Shown piece after piece: positions 11,672-22,320 of a stretch of 64,000 nt of DNA. This stretch comes from Octopus sinensis (Eukaryota): the NCBI RefSeq assembly GCF_006345805.1, contig NC_042998.1, positions 42,718,001 to 42,782,000 on the forward strand, given 5' to 3'. The number at the start of each line of letters is the position of its first letter. Position 1 is the stretch's first letter. The notes under the pieces were generated by a model that was not told the origin of the DNA, did not search any database, and saw nothing but the letters and a program-made list of their open reading frames with translations. The position numbers and the translations under genes were made by a program.

Positions 11672-14600
11672 GTAAGTTAAACTGATAATTATTTTGTGAT
11701 ACATTTTGAAAATAGCTTAGGAATAAATAACTATTTGAGAAAAGTAAGGTAACATCTGATTTTTCTTCCAGCAATGAATGAACCATGAAAAACTGTCAGA
11801 TCACACACAATTTATATTTAGGTTCATACAGCTGTTTCTACAGCTGGATGCCCTTCCTAATGGAGTGGTTGGCTTTAGGAAGGGCATCCAGCTGTAGAAA
11901 CACTGCCAGATCAGACTGGAGCCTGGTACAGCCTCCTGGCTTCCCAGACCCCGGTCGAACCGTCCAACCCATGCTAGTATGGAAAACAGACGTTAAACAA
12001 TAATGATAATGATGATACATAATCTATATAACAGATGCAGGTGTGATTGTGTGGTTTGAAGTTTGCTCCTTAACCACATGATTTTGGGTTCAGTCCCACA
12101 GTGTGGCACTTTGGGCAAGTGTCTTTTATCTTCACCACAGGCCAACGTCCAGCTTGTGGATTTGGTAGGCAGAAACTGAAAGAAGCTTATGTATATATAT
12201 ATAGCATGGAAGGCAGACGTTAAACGATGATGATGATGATGATGATTATATTTACAAATATGTGTGCGTGTGTGCTTGTTTGTGTGTGTTACTATCTCTT
12301 TACTTTGACATTGCATGATAGTTGTCACTGTTACATAAGTGCCCTTAGTTTACAATCTTCTGAGAAATGTCTGGTCATGGGGAAATATTGCCTTACTTGG
12401 AAACAGGTGATGGTTGGTGACAGGAAGGGCATCTGCCTCAAAACGTTCTACACAACCCATGCAAGCATGGAAAAGGGGATGTTAAACAACGATGATGATG
12501 ATGATAATATTCCTACATTACTCCTTTTTACTCTTTTACTTGTTTCAGTCATTTGACTGCGGCCATGCCGGAGCACCACCTTTAGTCAAGCAAATTGACT
12601 CCCGGGACTTATTCTTTGGAAGCCTAGTACTTATTCTATCGGTCTCTTTTGCCAAACTGCTAAGTTATGGGGGACATAAACACACCACCATCGGTTGTCA
12701 AGTGATGTTGGAGGGACAAAAACAGACACACAAACACACACACACACACACACAAATATATATATATATATACACATACATATATATATATGACTGGCTT
12801 CTTTCAGTTTCCGTGTACCAAATCCACTCACAAGGCTTTGGTCGGCTTGAGGCTATCGTAGACGACACTTGCCCAAAGTGCCACGCAGTGGGAATGAACC
12901 TGGAACCATGTGGTTGGTAAGCAAGCTACTTACCACATAGCCACTCCTGCACCTATTGTTCATATCTGTTATAATTCACAACCATTTGAATACTACACCC
13001 ATCATTCATCCTCTATCACTTCTCTATTCCTTAACTGCTCTTATCATTCATCTGTCTAACACTTATGTCTCTGTTTCTCCTGCTTTTAATATTCATGCTT
13101 CTTGTGCTCATATCATACAAGCAGCATCATTCATTTCCATTTTCAATATATTGTGAGAACAAGTCTGGCCATGGGGAAATATTACCTTGCTTGAAAACAG
13201 GCAAGGATTGGTGACAGTGAGGGCATCCAGACAGAAAATCTGCCTCAATGAACTCCATCTGACCAATGCAAGCATAGCATAGTGGATGTTAACTTGATAA
13301 TGACTGACGATGGGTTTTTAATTGAGTGATAAAATCCAAAAATTAAAACCACATGGAAACTTGAAATAAATTTCATTTAATGTTGTGTTTTAAATTTAAT
13401 TTTCTTACTTAAAACATTGAAAAGCATAGTTTATTTTTCTCATTTGTATAATGTTGTAATATAAATTATGTTGTCATTGGTTACAAGTTATGTATTGTCA
13501 TTTAATGAATCACTTTGTTTAAGTACATTAACTATTATTTATCATATTTAAATAAAATCTGCTATTCTTGCCTATGGTTTTATTTCTGTTCACCTAATAA
13601 ACAGCTAAGAAATCTGGTGTTAGGATATCTTATTCTATATTCTACTCTTTTACTTGTTTCAGTCATTTGACTGTGGCCATGCTGGAGCATTGCCTTTAGT
13701 CGAGCAAATTGACCCCAGGACTTATTCTTTGTAAGCCTAGTACTTATTCTATTGGTCTCTTTTGCCAAACCGCTAAGTTACGGTGACATAAACACACCAG
13801 CATCGGTTGTCAAGTGATGTTGGGGGGACAAACACAGACACAAAAACATACACACACACACACATATATATATACATACAATGGGCTTCTTTCAGTTTCC
13901 ATCTACTAAATCCACTCACAAGGCTTTGGTCAACCCAAGGCTATAGTAGAAGACACTTGCCCAAGATGCCATGCAGTGGGACTGAACCCAGAACCATGTG
14001 GTTGGTAAACAAGCTACTTACCACACAGCCACTCCTACGCCTATAACTTTTTATTAATTGCTTTTATTCTTTAGAAGTTGGCTACAGTTGTAATACAGAT
14101 TTAAACCTATGACTTGGCTTTAATTTCCAATTAGCATCCTCACCCATGCCAGTGTCACATTAAAAGCACCTGTACAAGTGCCATGTAAAAGGCACTCAGC
14201 ACACTCTGTAAAGTGACTGGTGTTAGGAAGGGCATCCAACCATAGAAAAATAAGCCAAATCAGATCAGCACCTGGTGCTGCTCTCCTGTTTGACAGCTCT
14301 GGTCATACTGTCCAACCCATGCCACCATGGAAAATGGATGTTAAATGATGATGAAATGGTAAATTGGCAATTGGTGGTGGGTTGGCAATAAGTACTGAGT
14401 TGGCAGCAGTGAGTTGGTAATAGGTGGCAAGTTGGCATATTGACAGTGAAGTGGTAGTAGGTGAATTGGCACAGTTGTTAGAGTAATCAGACAGAATGTC
14501 TTATGTATATGTTCTGCTCCCCTGTGCTTTAAGGTCAAATCCTGCCAAGGTCTACCTTGCCTCTCTTTTTTTTTTCTTTCTTTTTTGAGTTGATCACAAA

Positions 14601-14889
14601 TGTACCAATCTATGTCAGCCAATTATCAGAATTGTAAGTAATGTTGCACTGGATGCTTTGTGTGTCCTCCTTCCTCATTGTGTTTTGCATTCAAATTCCA
14701 CCCTGGCTTATATGAGTGACAGACCTTTTCTATTACTGTCTAACACCACCACTTGGTGCCTTGGGGTCCCTTTAATAGATTCCACTCTGATGTAGGCATT
14801 TGATTTGAAAATACCTTCCTCCTTCCCTCCAGTTTCCAAGGATCTGTAAAGGGTCATAAGCACTGAACATTAATGGAATTTGTAGTTAT

Positions 14890-15222
14890 GTGGTACCAGT
14901 GCCGGTGGCACATACGAAAACCATCCGAACGTGGCCGTAGCCAGTACCGCATTGACTGGCCTCCGTGCCGGTGGCATGTAAAAAACACCATCCGAGTGTG
15001 GCTGTTCGCCAGCCTCGTCTGGCACCTGTGTCGGTGGCACATAAAATCACCCACTACACTCTCGGAGTGGTTGGCGTTAGGAAGGGCATCCAGCTGTAGA
15101 AACACTGCCAGATCTGACTGGGCCTGGTGCAGCCTTCAGGCTTCCCAGACCCCAGTTGAACCGTCCAACCCATGCTAGCATGGAAAGCGGACGTTAAACG
15201 ATGATGATGATGATGATGATGA
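14890..15222 (+). mobile_element. RTE LINE 3'UTR-type repeat (family D) with (GAT)n tail
   Basis: GGAGTGGTTGGCGTTAGGAAGGGCATCCAGCTGTAG...GGACGTTAAACGATGATG. Copies at ~11861-12016, 17985-18267, 22325-22676, 60465-60740 (+) and ~26575-26940, 32435-33360, 41150-41490, 42783-43083, 61964-62155 (-). Confidence 0.85.
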
Positions 15223-16019
15223 TCCCTCTTGACTAACAGCAAAAAAAAAAAAAAGTATATCTTTGAAATAAGATTGAACATAGTACCTTTATTTTAATGC
15301 ATACTATCAATACTTCTACTCTGCCAAAACATTTGCTCCTGAGCAGCCACCATAGAAAAATAGATATACAATAATGGATATTACAATTTTCAACCTGATG
15401 CAGTACCTTCACATCAGTCCTAATAATGTATCTGAATTTAGATTGTTATCATTTAACGTCTAATGTTTTCAAAAGGTGTTTGCTACATCTGGGTCCTTTG
15501 TTGTTGGAGGTAATTACGGCATTATCTAATTCTTGGTTTTTACTACTTCTTTTCCTAAATAAAAGCCTTTATTGTTTAACTGTCAACTGATAATGGTAGT
15601 CATCGCAACAAGTTTACAATTACTTTAGTTACACAATGGAAAATAGCAATCCTAGTTGGTGCAATGACACTGAAGCCACAACAAAGCAGAGTTGTTTAAA
15701 GAATTGTTTCTTATATGAATGCTTTATTTCTGTTGTATATTGAATGTCATCTCTGATACATAAATATATATGTCAAGAACAAATGTGAAATCAATTTTCT
15801 TTTTTTTTTAATTTTTATTTTGTTACCTCCTGTGATACCCATTTAGTGAGTCTTTCTTAATTTTCGTGTAGTGAAAATTTCAAACAATTGTGGGATGGTG
15901 AAAATTTAGTTCTCGGTTGTTTTGCATATGTCATTGTAGTAACTTGGGCTAGTGTCTTCTACTGCTCCAAGCCAATCAAGGCTTTGTGTCTGGGTTTGGC
16001 AGACAGAAACTGAAAGAAG

Positions 16020-16248
16020 TGGCGAGCTGGCAGAAACATTAGCACGCCGGATGAAATGCTTAGTGGTATTTCATCTGCTGTTACATTCTGAGTTCAAATT
16101 CCGCCGAGGTTGACTTTGCCTTTCATCCTTTCGGAGTCGATAAATTAAGTACCAGTTACGCGCTGGGGTCGATGTAATTGACTTAATCCCTTTGTCTGTC
16201 CTTGTTTGTCCCCTCTATGTTTAGCCTCTTATTGGCAATAAAGAAATA
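16020..16248 (+). mobile_element. SINE family C nested in a family A fragment
   Basis: GGCGAGCTGGCAGAA...GAGTTCAAATTCCGCCGAGG...TTTCATCCTTTCGG. TSD AGAAACTGAAAGAAG at 16005-16019 and 16249-16263. Other copies at ~4420-4637(-), 20200-20820(+, nested), 35610-35822(-), 37948-38175(-), 44489-44705(+), 52720-53080(-). Confidence 0.9.
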
Positions 16249-16349
16249 AGAAACTGAAAGAAGCCTGTCGTGTGTGTGTGCATTTGTAGACATACTTGTG
16301 TCCATGCATAAATACACATGTACATACTTGCATGTATACATATATACAT

Positions 16350-16822
16350 GTATGCATGGGGCATCAGTTTTTTTCTTTTTGGGGGAGTCATTTGTATGAA
16401 TTTAGAGAAAGATGTTTAGCTCATCAAAGAAAAGCTGTATTTGAAAACAAATCTGTAGAAATAATCTTGGGAATCATTTTATCAAACTTATGTATTGAAT
16501 CTGCCATTTGCATCAATGGCTGCTTCAATATGCAGAAGCATTGACATGCCTGAATCAGATGATCTCTATCAATATAGACAGAGCAGATTTGAGAGATTGT
16601 ATAGTGTTATGGGGGTGTTGACTGACCTCTCTCTCAACTATGCTCCATACATAATAGTCCAGTGGATTGAGGTCTGGTGAGCTAGGAGAACATGATCATG
16701 GAGATTAGTATGCACCCACTCTTGGGTTGTCCTAGCTTTATGAGACAGTGCATAGTTTTGTTGGAAGACACATAGTCTTCTGTTGCATACTCTGTCCATC
16801 CAGGGCCTCACAATTTTCTCAA
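16350..16822 (-). mobile_element. Tc1/mariner-superfamily transposase C-terminal relic
   Basis: Minus strand reads ...VFQQNYALSHKARTTQEW... then, after a frameshift, SSPDLNPLDYYVWSIVE. Confidence 0.75.
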
Positions 16823-16976
16823 GAAACAAATATAAAACTACTAGCATACATGTATAAACTGAAATGTGCATTTCAAAATGTTTTGTTACATAATAATGAT
16901 AATGTTAATTGTGGTATGTTTATGTATTGTTTTACAAGATTCTTGATGTCAAAATGTCTCTTGAAACAAATATGTT

Positions 16977-17671
16977 TATATTTGGGGATGGTTATGTTTT
17001 GCCAGGTAAACACACACACACTATTTATTTGATCTTCACTTTAGTTATATTAGTATTATTTTTTGTTTAGTTTATTTGTCTGTGAAAGTCCTTCCGTCAC
17101 ACATTTTGTGACCTCTTCAGTGACACTTTATTCCATGTGTCTCCTCTTGCCCTGCCTTTTCCATTTTTCTCTTTTGTAGTAATAAAACTAATGTGAAATA
17201 GAAATAATACATTTCTAAATATCTCAGAGAGATTTATGCAGTAGTGGTACGATAAAGGCCCTTTATAGTTTTGTAATCAGTGAATTTATTTCACTAGAAT
17301 TCCTATATGTTTACAAGAGCTAGATAGGCATCTCCAATTAGCAGGCCATGCTACTCCAGACTGATGATGAGCAAAGACTCAGAAACTAGTCTCTGGGTGC
17401 AGGCTTAGCTGAGTGAAGGTGCTAATCGCCCCCTTGTAAACATAAGGACACAGGAAATGTGTCAAGGCCGACAGGAAGCATTGCTGCTTCCTAGGGCTAA
17501 ATAGCAGTAGCATGATTCCCTTCATGAGACTCACATTAAGTTGACAGTATACAACTACTTTACCGTACCACTACTGCATAAATCTCTCTGAGATATTTAG
17601 AAATGTATTATTTCTATTCAAATAAATAGTGTGTATGTTTAATTAACAAAAGATGACCATCTCCAAATATA
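16977..17671. mobile_element. Fold-back element with nested inverted repeats enclosing a hammerhead (Penelope/retrozyme-like)
   Basis: Inner IR 17197-17257 / 17558-17618 (61 bp, 1 mismatch). Outer diverged IR ~16977-17032 / 17618-17671. Confidence 0.7.
17356..17396 (+). ncRNA. Minimal type I hammerhead ribozyme motif
   Basis: CCAGA-CTGATGA-TGAG(caaaga)CTCA-GAAA-CTAG-TC-TCTGG: perfect stem I and stem II, both catalytic boxes, palindromic ACTAGT helix III, GUC cleavage triplet at 17389-17391. Confidence 0.8.
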
Positions 17672-17804
17672 GCAATAACCGTGGTAGTTATGATCAAATT
17701 TGTATGTGCCAGTAATAGAGGCAAAGGTAAGTAAACTTTCCATAATATTCATGATGCCATCTGAAATTATTATAATTATAGTCACTTTGCATATTTCCAT
17801 ATAG

Positions 17805-17930
17805 GTGTATCAGATCCAGAAGAGGAATATCACATAAGACGATATGAAATGGGTATTGCTGAAGGAACATCCGATCTCCCTCCAGGCAGCTGCTTTCCTT
17901 TAGAAAGTAATCTGGTATTTTTAAATGGTG
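17805..17930 (+). CDS. IBA57: IBA57 coding exon 4
   Basis: Acceptor ttccatatAG|; reads (C)[41 protein letters not shown] (YH..R...G..EG..DL, PLESN). Donor G|GTAAGT. 126 nt, phase 1-1. Confidence 0.93.
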
Positions 17931-18266
17931 GTAAGTTGTATCATTTCAGTCAAAGTTTTTATTCATATACTTATATATATGGGGTGCCATGTAAAAGCAC
18001 CTGTGCTGGAACCATGCAAAGGTGCGACTGCCAGTGCCACATAAAAGCACCCGTTGTCAGTGCCATTAAAAGTGCCTGTGTTGGTGTCATGTTAAAAGCA
18101 CCCAGTATGCTCTGTAAATTGGTTGATATTAGGAAGGACATCCAGCTGAAGAGACCATGCCATAACAGACAAATGTAGCCTCGGCAGCTCTCCAGCTGGC
18201 CAGTTCCTATCAAATCGTCTAACCCATGCCAGCATGGAAAATGGACGTTAAACAACAATAATGATG

Positions 18267-18311
<45 letters not shown>

Positions 18312-18321
18312 CACACCCACC

Positions 18322-19230
18322 CACCCAGAATCACACTAATAACTTAGGAATGAAATTTAGGATTTCTTGTTTCTCTCTCTCTCTCTCTCTCTTTTACTCT
18401 TTTACTTGTTTCAGTCATTTGACTGCGGCCATGCTGGAGCACCGCCTTTAATCAAGCAACTCGGCCCCGGGACCTATTCTTTGTAAGCCCAGTACTTATT
18501 CTATCGGTCTCTTTTGCCGAACCGCTAAGTGACGGGGACATAAACACACCAGCATCGGTTGTCAAGCAATGCTAGGGGGACAAATACAGACACACAAACA
18601 TATATATATATACGACAGGCTTCTTTCATTTTCTATCTACCAAATCCACTCACAAGGCTTTGGTCGACCCGAGGCTATAGTAGAAGACACTTGCCCAAGG
18701 TGCCATGCAGTGGGACAGAACTCGGGACCATGTGGTTGGTAAGCAAGCTACTTACCACACTGCCACTCCTGCACCTATGAATTGATTTTGATAAAACTTT
18801 TCCCAGATGGTTTGTACACTATGGAAACACCATTGTTATGTTTTCATTATTCTGTGTAACGTCCTTTCTTTTTTATTTCCTTGGTGCTCATACGGCTAAA
18901 TAATTCATTATGTCAATAAATGTTATAATATTATTATGGTTTTCTGTTAAATATATACTTAATGTATGCTTAATATGTATCATTACCCTTCATTTTCTGA
19001 AAAACAATGTCTAGATGGGTTATTTTCATTCAAAAGCTATTAGCCTGGTTCACCCAAAAACTAAAGAATCTGAAATAAAAAAAGAAAGGACTTTATGAAG
19101 AATAATAAAAACATAACAATGGTGTTGCCACAGTGTACAAACCATCTGGGAACAGTTTTATCAAAATCGATTCACAGAAAACTGAGAAATCCTAAATTTC
19201 ACTTCTGAGCTATTAGTGTGATTCTGGGTG
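18322..19230. mobile_element. Long-TIR MITE; left TIR split by a family A SINE
   Basis: CACCCAGAATCACACTAATA... at 18322 is the inverse of ...TATTAGTGTGATTCTGGGTG ending at 19230. The IR continues at ~18776-18888 / ~19072-19175. Confidence 0.8.
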
Positions 19231-19234
19231 TATA

Positions 19235-20106
19235 TACGAGGTCTGATCAATAAATATCTGGACTTTTACCATAGTAACGAAGCTAAAGCATGCAGAGTGA
19301 AGCCACTTGGCAAAGATTAACCTTGAACTCTGCTGTGCATGCGCACTAAGTTTTAACGTTCTAGCTCATTTCTGCTGTTTACTGCAGTGCTTGGAAGGAA
19401 GGTATGTAGCGTGTAATCATCGCATTGACCATGACAGAGAAAGTTGTCATGGCGATATCTACTCAGAGGCCTAACCAAAGTTGCAGAAAGTGTACAAAGA
19501 GGAATGTATGAGCTGCACACAAGTGTACGAGTGGTTCAGATATTTCCAAGATGTCCGAAAAAATGTTGATAGTGACGAATTTTCTGAGAGACCCACAACC
19601 AGCAGAACTGAGAAAAACATTGCAGCGGTGAGGGGAAATCATCGAATCACCATCTGTGAGTTATCAGAGGATGTACAGATTAGTTACGGTTCAGTTCAGT
19701 CTATTATCACTGAGAATGTGTCTGCCAAGTTTGTGTCAAAACTGCTTTCAGCTGACCAAAAAGACTCTCGGGTTTCAGTTGCACAAGATCCCCTTGATTG
19801 TGTTGAGAATGATGAAAACTTTTTGAAAACTTTGCCTAGGTCTCTGAGCAGGTATCGCCAAGCGTTTGGCAAAATTTAGTGCAGATTCTCTACTCAACTT
19901 TCTCTGTCATTGTCAATGTGGCAATCACATGCTACACACCTTCCTTCCAAGCACTGCTGTAAACAGCAGAAGTGAGCTAGAACGTTAAAACTTAGTGCGC
20001 ATGCGCAATAGTGTTCAAGGTCAATCTGTGCCAAGCAGCTTCACATCCCATGCTTTAGCTTTGTTACTAAAGCAGCAGTCCGGATACTTATTGATCAGAC
20101 TTTATA
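19235..20106. mobile_element. Mariner-derived element with two inverted 5' ends and a transposase HTH fragment
   Basis: TIR TACGAGGTCTGATCAATAA... ORF 19481-19879 resembles a mariner N-terminus (VYEWF..F, D..SERPTTSRTE.NI, RITICEL, AKFVSKLL...QK..RV). ~19826-20104 is an inverted copy of the 5' end. Confidence 0.88.
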
Positions 20107-21627
20107 TATGTATAATCATTTATAATTTGGCTTTGTAATGTCCCTATATCTCTTTATGCTTGTGGCAAATCAAAGAAATCAATCTGTTCAATAAGAAGGC
20201 AGTGAACTAACAGTCATTAGCATACCTGATAAAATGCTTAGTGGCATTTTGTCTGTCTTTACATTCTGAGTTCAAATTTTGCTTTTCATCCTTTTGGGGT
20301 TAATGAAATAACCCCACCAAAAATTTCAGGCCCGGTACCTCTAGTAGAAAAGATTATGAATATTATTAAGGTGATGAGCTGGCAGATTGATGGACAAAAT
20401 GTAAGGCGGTGACCTGGCAGAAACGTTAGCACACTGGGCAAAATGCTTAGTGGTATTATGTCAGCTGCTATGTTCTGAGTTCAAATTCCGTCAAGGTCGA
20501 CTTTGCCTTTCATCCTTTCAGGGTCGATAAATTAAGTACCAGTTATGCACTGGGGTCGATGTAATCGACTTAATTCCTTTGTCTGTCCTTGTTTGTCCCT
20601 TCTATGTTTAGCCCACTGTGGGCAATAAAGAAATAAGAATGCTGGACAAAATGCTTAGAGATATTTCTTCTGGTTTTATATTCTGAGTTCAAATTCCACC
20701 AAATTAACTTTGCCTTTCATCTTTTGGGGGTCAATAAAATAAGTACCAGTTGAACACTGGGGTCAATGTTACTACCCCCTCTTGTAAAATTTCAGGCCTT
20801 GTGTCTGTAGTAGAAGAATTATTATGATTCTTACTGAAAATTGCTATCACTGAGTGGATCATATAATGTATTTCTAGACGTTAAGTTTTTGAGTTTACAC
20901 CTTACTGCAGAAACCATATCTGAACCTTCAGAAAGACATTAGCTCTGTTTGTCAGGGATTTTTGCACTTGGTCTAGAAATTATTGTCATTACTGTCATTT
21001 TCCTTTTTCTACTTAAATTTTTTATGAGTAGTGGAGTGGAGTGGAAGAAATAATAGGTATACATAATTACGCCCCTTCCTATTGCTCGAGGACAATAGAA
21101 TCAGTAGACAAAAGCAATATTTTTTTAGTACTTATTTTTTACTGTTAATAGAACACGTTTGTACTGATTTTTGTTGGATAAGTTTAGCTAGTTACATCTT
21201 TCTCCTCAGATCAGCAGTTGTTTTGGCCAATGTAATTCTCCTCCTCCTCATTATCATCATCATTACCACCACCACCGTCATCATCATCATCTCATCATCA
21301 TTTCTTCCAGATGTTTGCATGTTAGGCAAAATGCTTAGTGGTATCTCATTCTGAGTTCACATACCACTGAGGTCAACTTTGCCTTCCATCCTCTTGGTAT
21401 TGATAAAATAAGTACCAGTTGAGCATTGGGGGTAATCAACTTACCCCTTCCAAATTTGTTAGCATGTGCCAAAATTTGAAACCATTGTTATTATTATTAT
21501 TTTTGCCTTTCATCCTTCAGGGTAGATAAGTACCAGTTGAACACTAGGGTTAATGTAATCAACTTACCCCCTCCCCCGAACTTGCTGGCCTTGTACCAAA
21601 ATTTGAAATTATTATTATTTTTTTTAG

Positions 21628-21727
21628 TGAGTTTCCAAAAAGGTTGTTACATTGGACAAGAACTTACTGCTCGGACTCACCATAGAGGAGTTATTCGAAA
21701 ACGCCTCATGCCTATTTTCTTCCAAAG
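21628..21727 (+). CDS. IBA57: IBA57 coding exon 5 (signature motif)
   Basis: Reads (V)[32 protein letters not shown], containing the YgfZ/IBA57 KGCYxGQE signature. Donor AG|GTAAGA. 100 nt, phase 1-2. Confidence 0.97.
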
Positions 21728-21868
21728 GTAAGAACTGATTTATACAATTTAAAAAACAAAAGAATTTTTCTCTTTTTTTATCTATATAGAATTGCTTAAA
21801 AAGAAATTGTTTACTTTTTATGTCATAAGAACTTTAGAAACTTCGAGAGAACGTGAAATAATTCAGTT

Positions 21869-22320
21869 TTAAAGCAGATAAAACTATAAATAATAGCATG
21901 TGAAGCCTTCAGCTTTTACTATCCAAAGAGTTTTTAACCCAGTATTTACTCACTATTATTTATAGCTTTATTTCAAGTGCCTATATTTTAGTACAGCTCC
22001 TTAGGTGAAAAAGAAAATCTTAAATTCTTTTATTGTTCTACTCATTGAACTGGTGCACTGCCAGAGCACTATCTTCAAGTGTTACAATCAGTTATATTAA
22101 CCTGGTGTCCTGTCTGGTTGTTATTGACTCATAAAAATGAACGTCAATGTAAAGTAACATAACATGCCAAATTTTGCCTACATGGCATTGGTCAGCATTA
22201 AGGTATGGAACTCAATATAAAGTTATAAATAATAGTGAGTAAATACTGAGTTTAAAATCCTTTGAATAGTAAAAGTTGAAGGCTTCACATGCTTATTATT
22301 TATAGTTTTATTTACTTTAA
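21869..22320. repeat. Fold-back/MITE-like element with ~105-bp inverted repeats
   Basis: 21869-21972 (…GCATGTGAAGCCTTCAGCTTTTACTAT…CAGTATTTACTCACTATTATTTATAG) is the inverse of ~22216-22320. Confidence 0.8.

Noticed and set aside
15872-15897. Possible IBA57 micro-exon between exons 3 and 4
   Set aside because: The 26-nt AG...GT candidate would break the frame; exons 3 and 4 already join in phase 1.
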